The notes under the pieces were generated by a model, which saw only the letters and a list, made by a program, of their open reading frames with translations, made no database searches and had not been told where the DNA came from. From positions 348,863 through 412,862 of the forward strand of contig JADJFN010000001.1 in assembly GCA_016708565.1 (NCBI GenBank): a DNA stretch of 64,000 nt, written 5' to 3'. This document shows, piece after piece, positions 46,055 through 57,305 of this stretch. This DNA comes from Myxococcales bacterium (lineage in GTDB: Bacteria; Myxococcota_A; Polyangia; Haliangiales; Haliangiaceae). The position numbers and the translations under genes were made by a program. The first letter of the stretch is position 1; each line of letters opens with the position of its first letter.

Positions 46055-48837
46055 GCCGGCCGGGGCGGTGGCTGCGCGGGCTCGGCGCCGGCCTGGCCTG
46101 GCCGGCGCGGCGCATCGCGCGGGCGCGCCTGCGCACCAAGCTGGCGCTGGCGCTGACCGTCGCGGCGCTGCTGCCGATGCTGGTGGTGGCGTCCTTGGCC
46201 TCGGGCGTCGTGCTCGGCAGCCTCGATCGCGGCCTGCAGTCCGACGTGCAGCGCCAGCTCGACGTCGGGCTCAACCTGACCCTGCGCGCGGTCGAGCGGC
46301 TGGGCGAGGACGCCGTGCGGCTGGCCGCCAACCCCGAGCTGGCCGACTCGGTGCCGCGCGGCGCCGCCGCGATCCACGAGGTGGTGGCGCAGCGGGCGGC
46401 GTACCTGCCGTCGGCGCTGGTCCAGGTGCTGTCGCGCGACGGCCTGCCGCTCACCAGCGAGGTCATCGGCGGCGACGAGGCCCGGTTCTCGGAGCTGGCG
46501 GTCGACGGCAGCTCGGCGACGGTGGCGTCGGCGCGCGACTGGGCCCGGCGGGTGCAGCTCGAGCTGTCGCCCAAGGGCGTCGTGGTGCGGGCCTCGGCGC
46601 CGGTGCTCGACCGCCAGCTGTCGCTGGTCGGCGTGGTCGTGATCTCGGTGCCGCTCGACGGCGCGTTCGCCGACGGCATCAAGGGCGCGCTCGGCGTCGA
46701 CGTGCTGATCGGCAGCCTCAACGCCGGCGTGGCCACCTCGACGGTGCGCGACGCCGACGGCCGGCGGCTGTCGGCGCTGCAGGTGCCGACCCGGGTGCTG
46801 GCCCAGGTGCGCGAGCGCCGCCACCCGGTCGTGACCCAGGCCATCGCCGGCCGCGAGCACGCGGTGGCGTGGACCGCGCTCGAGGACGATCGCGGGCGCG
46901 CGGTCGGGCTGTTCGCGGTGGCGATCGATCGGCGGTCGCTGTCGCAGGCGCAGCGGGTGGCGTTCCGCTCGCTGGCCATCGGCGCGGCGGTGGCGGTGGC
47001 GTTCGCGTTCGTGCTGGCGGCGGCGCTGACCCGGCGCGTGGGCCGGCCGATCGCGACCCTGCACCGCGGCGCGATCGCGATCGCGCGCGGCGAGCTCGAT
47101 CAGGTGATCGACGTGCCGGCCGGCGACGAGATCGGCGACCTGGCCAAGGCCTTCACCCACATGACCGCGGCGCTCAAGGAGAACCAGCAGCGCCTGGCGG
47201 CGCGCATGCGCGAGATGGTGGCGATCCAGGACGCCGGCCGGGCGATGTCGTCGGTGATCGAGTTCGACCAGGTGTCGGCCAAGATCGTCGACGCGGTGGC
47301 CCGGGTGTTCGACGTGCGGCTGTGCGCGCTGTTCGCGGTGGCCGGCGGCGGCCGCGACGAGCCGCGGGTGACGGTGGCGGCGGCCCGGGTGCGCAAGGCC
47401 GAGCTGGCCAGCGCGCTGATCGGGGTCGACCCCGCCGACGCCGCGCCGCTGGCGCCGATCGCCGCGCAGGTGGCCCGGCTGCGCGCGACGTTGCGCGTCG
47501 ACGACGTGATCGCCGATCCCCGGCGCAAGGACGCGGCGCTGGCGGCCGGCGTCGACGGCTCGCTGCTGGCCATGCCGCTCGAGCGCAAGGGCGCGGTGGT
47601 GGGCGTGCTGGTGCTCGGCCGCACCCAGCGCAGCCGGACCTTCCTCGAGGCCGACGCCAACCTGCTGGCGACCTTCGCCGACCAGGCGGCGGCGGCGGTC
47701 GAGAACGCCCGGCTGTACGCGCAGGTCCGCGACGCCAGCGAGGAGCTCGAGGCCAAGGTGCGGCTGCGCACCGCCGAGCTGACGGCGATCAACGCCGAGC
47801 TGGGCCGCGCGCTGTCCGAGCTGCGCGACACCCAGGCCCAGCTGGTGCTGTCGGAGCGGATGGCCGGCCTCGGCCTCCTGGTGGCCGGCGTGGCCCACGA
47901 GATCAACTCGCCGTCGGCGGCGATCCGCGGCGCGGTCGAAGGGATGACCGCGGCGATCGGCCGGCTGGCGGTGCCCATGCACGAGCTGGCGGCGGCGGTG
48001 CCGACCGCGGCGGCCTTGTTCGCCACCGTCGAAGCGCACGCGCGCCGGCTGGCCGGCGAGCGCATGCCGACCGGCGCGGCGGTGCGGCGGGCCGCCAAGG
48101 AGCTGCGGGCCCGGCTGGTCGAGCTGGGCGCCGGGGCGGCGCCCGAGCTGGGCACCCGCCTGGCCGAGGCCGGGGCCGAGCTGGCCACCGTCGACGCGCT
48201 GGTGGCGGCGGTCCCGCCCGGCGCGGCCGGCGCGGTCCTGACCTACCTGGTCGAGCTGGCCGAGGTCCACCGGGCGTCGCTGCTGATCGCCAACGCGATC
48301 GTGCGCATCCAGCGCATCGTAGGTGCGCTCAAGACCTACTCGCACCTCGACCAGGAGCCGACCCGGGTCGCCGCCGACGTCCACGAGGGGATCGAGACCA
48401 CGCTCACCCTCATGGGGTACGCGCTGCGTGATATAACGGTGGTGAGGCGGTTCGCCGAGTTGCCCGCGGTGCCGATCTTTGTCGATGAGCTCAATCAGGT
48501 TTGGACGAACCTGATCCAGAACGCTGTCCAGGCGTGCGCGGGGAGAGGCACGATCACGATCGAGACCGTGGCCGCGGCGGCCACCGCCGCTGACCCCGCT
48601 GGGGTGGTGGTGCGGATCGTCGATGACGGGCCCGGCGTGCCGCCCGAGATCCTGCCGCGGATCTTCGAGCCGTTCTTCACCACCAAGCCCAAGGGCGAGG
48701 GCACCGGGCTGGGGCTGGGCATCGTCGCGCAGATCGTCGTCAAGCACGGCGGTCGGGTGGCGTGCGACTCGGTGCCCGGGCGCACCGCGTTCGAGGTGTG
48801 GCTGCCGACCGTGCGCCGCGGAGGCGCGACCGCGTGA
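46051..48837 (+). CDS. Sensor histidine kinase with a periplasmic sensor, HAMP and GAF domains and a HisKA-like (HisKA_3/7-type) plus HATPase core.
   Basis: There are two TM segments flanking a ~270-aa periplasmic region. The HAMP domain is IGDLAKAFTHMTAALKEN. A GAF-like region follows. The H-box is LVAGVAHEINSPSAAIRG. The ATP-lid has NLIQNAVQA and GTGLGLGIV. The GTG start overlaps the SBP stop codon (GTGA). Confidence 0.8.
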   Translation: MSRPGRWLRGLGAGLAWPARRIARARLRTKLALALTVAALLPMLVVASLASGVVLGSLDRGLQSDVQRQLDVGLNLTLRAVERLGEDAVRLAANPELADSVPRGAAAIHEVVAQRAAYLPSALVQVLSRDGLPLTSEVIGGDEARFSELAVDGSSATVASARDWARRVQLELSPKGVVVRASAPVLDRQLSLVGVVVISVPLDGAFADGIKGALGVDVLIGSLNAGVATSTVRDADGRRLSALQVPTRVLAQVRERRHPVVTQAIAGREHAVAWTALEDDRGRAVGLFAVAIDRRSLSQAQRVAFRSLAIGAAVAVAFAFVLAAALTRRVGRPIATLHRGAIAIARGELDQVIDVPAGDEIGDLAKAFTHMTAALKENQQRLAARMREMVAIQDAGRAMSSVIEFDQVSAKIVDAVARVFDVRLCALFAVAGGGRDEPRVTVAAARVRKAELASALIGVDPADAAPLAPIAAQVARLRATLRVDDVIADPRRKDAALAAGVDGSLLAMPLERKGAVVGVLVLGRTQRSRTFLEADANLLATFADQAAAAVENARLYAQVRDASEELEAKVRLRTAELTAINAELGRALSELRDTQAQLVLSERMAGLGLLVAGVAHEINSPSAAIRGAVEGMTAAIGRLAVPMHELAAAVPTAAALFATVEAHARRLAGERMPTGAAVRRAAKELRARLVELGAGAAPELGTRLAEAGAELATVDALVAAVPPGAAGAVLTYLVELAEVHRASLLIANAIVRIQRIVGALKTYSHLDQEPTRVAADVHEGIETTLTLMGYALRDITVVRRFAELPAVPIFVDELNQVWTNLIQNAVQACAGRGTITIETVAAAATAADPAGVVVRIVDDGPGVPPEILPRIFEPFFTTKPKGEGTGLGLGIVAQIVVKHGGRVACDSVPGRTAFEVWLPTVRRGGATA

Positions 48838-49898
48838 GCCTGCGCGAGACCATCCTGTGCGTCGACGACGAGGAGGGCGTGCTCCACGCGCTGCGCCAGC
48901 AGCTCGCGGCCCGCTTCGGCCACGAGTGCGACATCGCGACCGCGTCGTCGGGCGCCGACGCGCTCGAGCTGCTCGACGAGCTGGAGCGCGACGGCGAGAA
49001 GATCGCGGTGGTGATCGCCGATCAGATCATGCCGGGCATGAAGGGCGTCGACCTGCTCGAGCTGGTCGATCGCCGCAGCCCGTCGACCACCAAGATCCTG
49101 CTGACCGGGCAGGCCGGCCTCGACGCGGTGGTCAGCGCGATCAACCGCGCCAACCTCAACCACTACCTGTCCAAGCCGTGGGACGAGGCGTCCTTGCGGC
49201 TGGCCGTCGAGAACCTGCTGCGGCAGTACCGCCTGACCGCCGAGAACCGCGAGCTGATCGCGACCTTGTCGGCCAAGAACCAGGCGCTGCTCGAGATGAA
49301 CCGCGAGCTCGAGGCCAGGATCCACGAGCGCACCCACGAGCTGGCCGAGGCCAACGCCCGGCTGGCGCAGCTGGCGGTCACCGACGGCTTGACCGGGCTG
49401 TACAACCACCGCCACTTCCACGAGCGGCTGGCGCTCGAGGTCGAGCGCTCGGCGCGCAACGGCCTGCCGCTGTCGTTGTTGATGATCGACGTCGATCACT
49501 TCAAGCACTACAACGACCACCACGGCCACCCGTCGGGCGACGAGGTGCTGCGGCAGATCGCCCGGCTGCTCGCCGAGGGCCGGCGCGCCAACGACCTGGT
49601 CGCGCGCTACGGCGGCGAGGAGTTCGGCGTGGTGCTGGTCGACACCGCCAAGTTCACCGCCGCCAAGCTGGCCGAGCGGGTGCGCGAGCGGGTGGTCGGG
49701 TTCGGCTTCGCCCACAAGGAGGCGCAGCCGCTGGGCCGGGTCACGATCTCGATCGGCGTGGCGTCGTTCCCCGACGACGCCGGCGACGCGATGGCGCTGG
49801 TGCGGTCGGCCGACGACGCGCTGTACGCGGCCAAGCGCGCCGGCCGCGATCGGGTGGTGCTCGCCACCGCCAACCCCGGCGAGCCAGCCAGCGGCTGA
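48834..49898 (+). CDS. Response regulator receiver plus GGDEF diguanylate cyclase (catalytic motif intact).
   Basis: The receiver is ILCVDDEEGVL...VIADQIMPGMKG...KP. The GGDEF domain has RYGGEEFGVVL and the I-site-like RLALEVERS...D. The GTG start overlaps the kinase stop codon (GTGA). Confidence 0.85.
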   Translation: MSLRETILCVDDEEGVLHALRQQLAARFGHECDIATASSGADALELLDELERDGEKIAVVIADQIMPGMKGVDLLELVDRRSPSTTKILLTGQAGLDAVVSAINRANLNHYLSKPWDEASLRLAVENLLRQYRLTAENRELIATLSAKNQALLEMNRELEARIHERTHELAEANARLAQLAVTDGLTGLYNHRHFHERLALEVERSARNGLPLSLLMIDVDHFKHYNDHHGHPSGDEVLRQIARLLAEGRRANDLVARYGGEEFGVVLVDTAKFTAAKLAERVRERVVGFGFAHKEAQPLGRVTISIGVASFPDDAGDAMALVRSADDALYAAKRAGRDRVVLATANPGEPASG

Positions 49899-49963
49899 GC
49901 CACGGCGCCCTACCCGAAGCGAGATCCCACGGGCAGATCCGAGTTGCGGTAGGTTCACCGGCG

Positions 49964-50992
49964 ATGACCACCGCCCCCGCGCGCTCGCCCAAGGACGTCG
50001 CCGTGATCGGCGCCGGCAGCTACGGCACCTGCCTGGCCATCCTCGCCGCGTCGGCGGGGCACCGGGTCCACTTCTGGTGCCGCGGCGAGGCGGCCGCCGC
50101 CGAGCTGCAGGCGACCCGCGAGAACAAGCTCTACCTGCCGGGGTTCCGGCTGCCCGACGGCGTGACCGTCACCGCCGACCTCGAGGCCGCGGTGCGCGGC
50201 AAGCAGATCGTCGTCGGGGTGACGCCGTCGCACGCGATCCGCGACGTGCTCGGCCGGGCGGCGGCGTGGCTCGATCCCGACGTGGTGGTGGTCAACGCGT
50301 CCAAGGGGCTCGAGGACGGCACGCTGCAGACCATCGAGCAGGTCTACGCCGACATCTTCCCGGCGCGGATCGCGGGGCGCGCGACCTACCTGTCGGGGCC
50401 GACCTTCGCCGCCGAGATCGCCGGCGGCATGCCGTCGGCGATCGTGCTGGCCGGCCACGACCCCGAGACCACCGCGATGGTGCAGCGCGCGCTGTCGACC
50501 GATCGCTTCCGCACCTACTCGACCGACGACGTCACCGGCGTGCTGGTCGGCGGCGCGATCAAGAACGTCGTCGCGATCGCCGCCGGCGTGTCCGACGGCC
50601 TCGGCTTCGGCTCCAACGCCCGCGCGGCGCTGATCACCCGCGGCCTGGCCGAGATCACCCGCATCGGCGTGGCGATGGGCGCCGACCCGGTGACCTTCGC
50701 CGGCCTGTCGGGCATGGGCGATCTGGTGCTGACCTGCTCGAGCGACACCTCGCGCAACCGCAAGGTCGGCCTGGCGCTGGGCCGCGGCCAGGCGATGGCC
50801 GACATCCTCGCCGACATGCGCATGGTCGCCGAGGGCGTGAAGACGACGAAGGTGGCGTGGGACCTGGCGCGCAAGCTGGGCGTGCCGGCGCCGATCACCG
50901 AGGTGATGCACGCGATCGTCCACGAGGGCGCGCCGGCCCGCGAGACGATGCAGCGCCTGATGGCGCGCTCGCTGCGCAGCGAGAAGGACTGA
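49964..50992 (+). CDS. gpsA: NAD(P)H-dependent glycerol-3-phosphate dehydrogenase.
   Basis: VAVIGAGSYGTCLA (the Rossmann fold), NASKGLE and GAIKNVVAIAAG are typical of GpsA. Confidence 0.85.
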   Translation: MTTAPARSPKDVAVIGAGSYGTCLAILAASAGHRVHFWCRGEAAAAELQATRENKLYLPGFRLPDGVTVTADLEAAVRGKQIVVGVTPSHAIRDVLGRAAAWLDPDVVVVNASKGLEDGTLQTIEQVYADIFPARIAGRATYLSGPTFAAEIAGGMPSAIVLAGHDPETTAMVQRALSTDRFRTYSTDDVTGVLVGGAIKNVVAIAAGVSDGLGFGSNARAALITRGLAEITRIGVAMGADPVTFAGLSGMGDLVLTCSSDTSRNRKVGLALGRGQAMADILADMRMVAEGVKTTKVAWDLARKLGVPAPITEVMHAIVHEGAPARETMQRLMARSLRSEKD

Positions 50993-51000
50993 GCGACGTC

Positions 51001-51822
51001 TCAGAGCGCGCCACGGACGGTGAGCCCGACGGTGGTCGGCGACAGGCTGGGGACCACCGCCACCTCGGCCGCGCCGCGGCCGCGGCGATCGACCGCGAAC
51101 AGGATCACGCCGCCGACCACCAGCGCGCCGCCGGCGGCCCAGCCGACGATGGCGAGGGTCTCGGCGCGGCGGCCCTGGTCCTGCTTGGCCAGCGCGGCGT
51201 CGGTCCACGGGCCCTCATGGGCGGACAGCTCGTCGGATAGCGACCGCGCCTGCAACCCGAAATACACGCCGGCGCCGACGCCGGCGAGGCCGCCGACGGT
51301 CAACGCCAGCGCGGTGGGCCGGCGCCAGCCACCACCGGCGTGGGCGCGCGGCGCGGGCGGCGGCGCGGGGTCCGGCGGCGGCGCCAGGGTCGGCCCGGGC
51401 TCGACCACCGGCGGCGGCTCGGCGACCGGCGGCGGCTCGGCGACCGGCGGCGGCTCGGCCTCGACCGGCCGGGGCTTGCCGGCGGTGGCCTTCTTCAGCT
51501 TGGCCAGGTGCTGCCGCGCCGACGCGGCGAACTGCCCCTTGGGCTCGACGGCGAGGTAGCGCTGGTACTGCTCGATCGCGTCCCACGGCTGATCGGCCAG
51601 CCGGTACGCCTGCCCGAGGTTGTAGAGCAGCGCCGGGTGCGGGATCAGGTCGTAGGCCTCGCGCAGCTTGGCGATCGCGGTCGGGTAGTCGCTGGCGGCC
51701 TGCGCCGCCGACGCGGCGTCGACCAGCGCCGCGGCCTTGGCCTTGCGATCGGCGGCGTCGTCCGCGGCGGCGGTGCCGACGAGCGCCCCCAGCGCGAGCG
51801 CGCTCGCGAGCACGAACCTCAT
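51001..51822 (-). CDS. TPR-repeat protein with a signal peptide, a proline-rich (PPPVAEP)n repeat and a C-terminal TM segment.
   Basis: MRFVLASALALGALVGTAAA is a signal peptide. There are TPR-like repeats. PPPVAEPPPVAEPPPVVEP is encoded by nucleotide tandem repeats at about 51400-51470. Confidence 0.55.
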   Translation of the reverse strand: MRFVLASALALGALVGTAAADDAADRKAKAAALVDAASAAQAASDYPTAIAKLREAYDLIPHPALLYNLGQAYRLADQPWDAIEQYQRYLAVEPKGQFAASARQHLAKLKKATAGKPRPVEAEPPPVAEPPPVAEPPPVVEPGPTLAPPPDPAPPPAPRAHAGGGWRRPTALALTVGGLAGVGAGVYFGLQARSLSDELSAHEGPWTDAALAKQDQGRRAETLAIVGWAAGGALVVGGVILFAVDRRGRGAAEVAVVPSLSPTTVGLTVRGAL

Positions 51823-51906
51823 GGTCCCATCGTACCAGCCCGCCGCGGGCGCCGGGGCCGCGATCGACCTTGACCCCTGGCCGACGGCGGAGGATCCTGA
51901 TCGGCG

Positions 51907-53649
<1,743 letters not shown>

Positions 53650-53667
53650 GCCGCGCGGCCGCGGGCC

Positions 53668-54591
53668 TCACCGCGGGAACAGCGCGTCGCGCATCGCGAC
53701 GACGTCGGCGCAGGTGGTGCCGACCGGGACGCGGACCGCGCGGAACGTCGACGGCGTGCCCGGCTGCTGGGTGATGATCGGGTTGAGGTTCTTGACCGCG
53801 CCGATCTGCGCCGGCGTGCACGCGCCGCCGGTCGCGAGGTGGCAGCCGAGGATGCCCTGCTGCAACGACGCGTCGACCTCGCCGAGGATCAGGTCGGTCG
53901 AGAACACCTCGCCGGTGAGCTCGAACTGCGTGCGCAGCGTGACGTAGACCTCGTCGAGGTTGACCGCCGGCACGTCGTAGGCGCGCAGCGTCGCGCCGGG
54001 CTTGGCGTCGCCCTCTTGATCGCAGGCGCAGCTGACGCCGATCGCCAGCGCGCACGAGGTGTCGGCCGACGGCGGGCAGAAGCGGAACGCGCCGTCGGCG
54101 TCGGCCTCGGGCAGCGGCGTGGTGCCGGCGGTCGCCGGGTCGAGGTTGGCGCCGATCACCAGCGTCAGGCGCTCGACGGCGAGCTCGGCGCAGGTGGCGT
54201 CGGCCGAGGTCAGCGTGCCGGCGCCGGTCACGCCGGCCACCGACGCCACCGTCGCCGCCGGCACCTCGAAGCGGATCGGCCGGTCCTGCCCGGCGATCGG
54301 GATCGCCGGGATCTCGATGGCGCACGCCTCGGCGCGCACCGCGACCGCGGTGCCGGTCTGATCGAGATCGAGCGCGATCAGCAGCTCGGCCGAGGTGTCG
54401 ACCTCGACCAGGCCCGACGCGTTGACGTGGACGTTGAGCGTCGCGAGCACCGCGGCGCGGCCGTCGAGCTCGGCGAACCGGCCGCCGGGCACGCACTGCT
54501 CGCCGAACACCCGGGCGTCGATGGTGCTGCCGCCGCCGTCGCCGCCGCAGGCGGCGAGCAGCCCGGCGAGTCCCACGAGCGAGCGGCGCAT
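53668..54591 (-). CDS. Cysteine-rich hypothetical lipoprotein.
   Basis: A LAACG lipobox and 12 Cys residues. The opposite-strand ORFs over this region look spurious. Confidence 0.5.
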   Translation of the reverse strand: MRRSLVGLAGLLAACGGDGGGSTIDARVFGEQCVPGGRFAELDGRAAVLATLNVHVNASGLVEVDTSAELLIALDLDQTGTAVAVRAEACAIEIPAIPIAGQDRPIRFEVPAATVASVAGVTGAGTLTSADATCAELAVERLTLVIGANLDPATAGTTPLPEADADGAFRFCPPSADTSCALAIGVSCACDQEGDAKPGATLRAYDVPAVNLDEVYVTLRTQFELTGEVFSTDLILGEVDASLQQGILGCHLATGGACTPAQIGAVKNLNPIITQQPGTPSTFRAVRVPVGTTCADVVAMRDALFPR

Positions 54592-54690
54592 CGGTCCACG
54601 CTACCACCGCTCGGCGCGGGTGGCGCCAGCAGACTGCGATGACCGCGATCACGCTGGCGACCCGCCCCGGGAGGATGATATTCGGGGGCG

Positions 54691-56028
54691 ATGGGACGCG
54701 CGACCGCGCTGGCGGTGATCGCACTGGGCGTCGGGGCCGCGCCGGCCGCGGCGAGCCCGGTCGAGCTGTTCGGCTTCGGCAGCCGCCACGGCGCCCACGC
54801 CGGCGCCGGCGTCGCCGACGTCGACGACATGGCCGCGACCTGGATGAACCCGGCCGGGCTGGCCGCCGGTCGCAAGACGCTGACCACCGGCATGCTCGGC
54901 TGGGTGTCGAACCTGCGCGTCGGCGAGCGCCGCAGCCCGATGGCGCAGACCGGCGGCGGGCTGTTCGGCGTGACCTTGCCGGCGCCGCTGGGCGGGCCGC
55001 TGGCCGGGCGGCTGGGGCTGGGGCTCGGCATGTTCGTGCTGCCGACGTCGATCGTGCGCATCACCGCGCGCCTGCCCGACGAGCCGTTCTTCCCCTACTA
55101 CCAGGGCCGCGCCGAGCGGCTGGTGCTGGTGCCCGGCGTCGGCGTGCGGGTCACCGACGCGCTCGACGTCGGCGTCGCCGCCAACTTCCTGGCCGGGCTG
55201 GGCGGCGGCATCGAGGCCGGCGAGGGCGCGACCCGCGCGCTCGAGGCCCGCGTCGACGAGGTGGTGCCGGCGGTGGCGCGGCTGGTGGCCGGCGCGCGCT
55301 GGCGGGTGCGGCCCGACCTGGCGATCGCCGCGGTCTACCGGCAGCGCTTCGAGGTGCCGTTCACCACCGTCGCGCGCACCGAGGTCGCGGGCGAGCCGAT
55401 CAACCTCGACCTGGCCGCCAGCGGGCAGTTCGCGCCGCACACCGCGGTGCTCGGCGCGACCTGGAAGCCGCCGGGCGGCGCGCTGCACCTCGATCTGGCC
55501 TACGCGCGGTGGTCGAGCTACCCGGGGCCGTTCGTCAAGGTCGGCAGCGAGCTGCCGCTGGTCGGCCCGCTCGCCGCCGAGCTGCCGGCGGTGCCGTGGC
55601 GCGACACCGTCGCGGTGCGGCTGGGCGGCGACGTCGCGATCGGCGAGCGCGTGCTGGGCCGCGCCGGCTACGCGTTCGAGACCTCGCCGGTGCCGGCGGC
55701 GCAGCCCGGCGTCACCAACCTGCTCGACGGACCGCGCCACACCGTGGCGCTCGGCGCGGCGATCACCTGGCCGGCGGCGCTGGCCGGCAAGCCGGTGACC
55801 CTGGCGCTGCACGCGCAGGCGCAGCTGGTCGGCGGGCGCACGCTGACCAAGGCGATCCTGCCGGCCGGCGCGGCCGGCGGCACCTTCGACGGCCTGCGCG
55901 ACGAGGTCACCGACGATCCGCAGGACCCGGCGACCCAGGGCGCGCAGATCTCCAACCCCGGCTACCCGCGGCTCGACAGCGGCGGCCAGGTGTTCTCGGG
56001 CGGCGCGACGTTGGAGGTGGGGCTGTGA
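54691..56028 (+). CDS. Outer-membrane beta-barrel-like protein (FadL/OmpP1-like candidate), paralog 1.
   Basis: A signal peptide, alternating amphipathic strands, and aromatic/Gly-rich segments typical of outer-membrane barrels. It ends with a short terminal sequence. Confidence 0.55.
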   Translation: MGRATALAVIALGVGAAPAAASPVELFGFGSRHGAHAGAGVADVDDMAATWMNPAGLAAGRKTLTTGMLGWVSNLRVGERRSPMAQTGGGLFGVTLPAPLGGPLAGRLGLGLGMFVLPTSIVRITARLPDEPFFPYYQGRAERLVLVPGVGVRVTDALDVGVAANFLAGLGGGIEAGEGATRALEARVDEVVPAVARLVAGARWRVRPDLAIAAVYRQRFEVPFTTVARTEVAGEPINLDLAASGQFAPHTAVLGATWKPPGGALHLDLAYARWSSYPGPFVKVGSELPLVGPLAAELPAVPWRDTVAVRLGGDVAIGERVLGRAGYAFETSPVPAAQPGVTNLLDGPRHTVALGAAITWPAALAGKPVTLALHAQAQLVGGRTLTKAILPAGAAGGTFDGLRDEVTDDPQDPATQGAQISNPGYPRLDSGGQVFSGGATLEVGL

Positions 56029-57305
56029 GGGCCGCGGTCGCGCTGGCGTCGCTCGCGGCCGTCGCCGCGCCCGCGGGCGCCGATCCGTTCGATCAGTTCG
56101 GGCTGGGCGGCGCCGCCGGTGGCACCGCCGGCGCGGTCACCGCCACCGCGACCGGCGCCGCGGCCGCGCACCACCAGCCCGGCGGCGTCGCGCGGGCCGC
56201 GCACCCCGAGGTGGTCGCCGGCTGGAGCGCCGGCTGGATGGGGCTCGAGCTCGACGGGCGCGACGCCGGCGTCGAGGCGGTCCACGGCACGACGCTGGCC
56301 CTGGCGGTGCCGATCGCGGTCGGGCCCGAGCTGCGGCTCGGCGCCGGCCTGGCGCTGTACCTGCCCGATCAGTACCTGGCGCGCATCCGCCTGGCGCCGA
56401 TCACCGAGCCGCGGTTCGTGCTGCTCGACAACGACGCCCGGGTGGTGGTGGAGCCGGTGGCGGCGCTGGCCTACGCCGACAAGCTCGGCGTCGGCGTCGG
56501 CGCGTCGCTGCTGGCCGACGCGCGCTCCAACCGGATCGCGTTCGACGTCGGCGTCGTCGCCGGGGCCAAGGTCGGCGCCGCCGATCTCGACGTCGAGCTG
56601 CCGCCGCGGGTGGCGCCGCTGGTCGGGCTGTGGCTCAAGCCGCACCCGCGGGTGCGCGCCGGCGTCACCTACCGCGGCCAGCTGTCGCTCGACCTCGCGC
56701 TCGACATCCTGGCCAACGTCGAGGTGGCCGGCGTGGTCACCGGCGACGCGCTGGTGGCGCTGCGCGCCAGCGACTACTTCACGCCGGCGCGGCTGACCGG
56801 CGCGATCGCGATCGACGTCACCGCCGACGCGACCCTGGCCGCCGAGGTGGCGTGGGTGCGGTGGTCGGCGTTCCCGCCGCCGCCCGCGCTCGACGTGCTG
56901 GTCGCGCTCGACATCACGCCGCCGCTGGTGTCGACCGAGGCGCCGCCGCCCGACTTCACCGACGTGGTCACGGCGCGGCTGGGCGGCGAGCTGTGGCGGC
57001 GCGGCGCGCGGGTCGACGTCGCGGCCCGGGCCGGCGTGGCCTACCTGCCGTCGCCGGTGCCGCCCCAGCTCGGGCTCACCAGCTACGCCGACGGCGATCG
57101 CCTGCAGCTGGCGGCCGGCGCCGGCGTCGAGCTGCGCGACCTGCGGCCGTACCTGACCCGGCCGATCGCGTTCGATCTGGCGCTCAGCTGGCAGCACCTG
57201 GAAGATCGCCTGACCGTGAAGCACGTCGATCGGCTGCCCGGCCAGGCGTTCTCGTCGGGCGGCGACGTCGTCCACGCCACGCTCACCTCGACGGTGCGGT
57301 TCTGA
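56025..57305 (+). CDS. Outer-membrane beta-barrel-like protein, paralog 2.
   Basis: The GTG start overlaps the upstream TGA (GTGA). It has a signal peptide and a beta-strand periodicity similar to the upstream paralog. It ends ...TLTSTVRF (a C-terminal Phe). Confidence 0.5.
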   Translation: MRAAVALASLAAVAAPAGADPFDQFGLGGAAGGTAGAVTATATGAAAAHHQPGGVARAAHPEVVAGWSAGWMGLELDGRDAGVEAVHGTTLALAVPIAVGPELRLGAGLALYLPDQYLARIRLAPITEPRFVLLDNDARVVVEPVAALAYADKLGVGVGASLLADARSNRIAFDVGVVAGAKVGAADLDVELPPRVAPLVGLWLKPHPRVRAGVTYRGQLSLDLALDILANVEVAGVVTGDALVALRASDYFTPARLTGAIAIDVTADATLAAEVAWVRWSAFPPPPALDVLVALDITPPLVSTEAPPPDFTDVVTARLGGELWRRGARVDVAARAGVAYLPSPVPPQLGLTSYADGDRLQLAAGAGVELRDLRPYLTRPIAFDLALSWQHLEDRLTVKHVDRLPGQAFSSGGDVVHATLTSTVRF

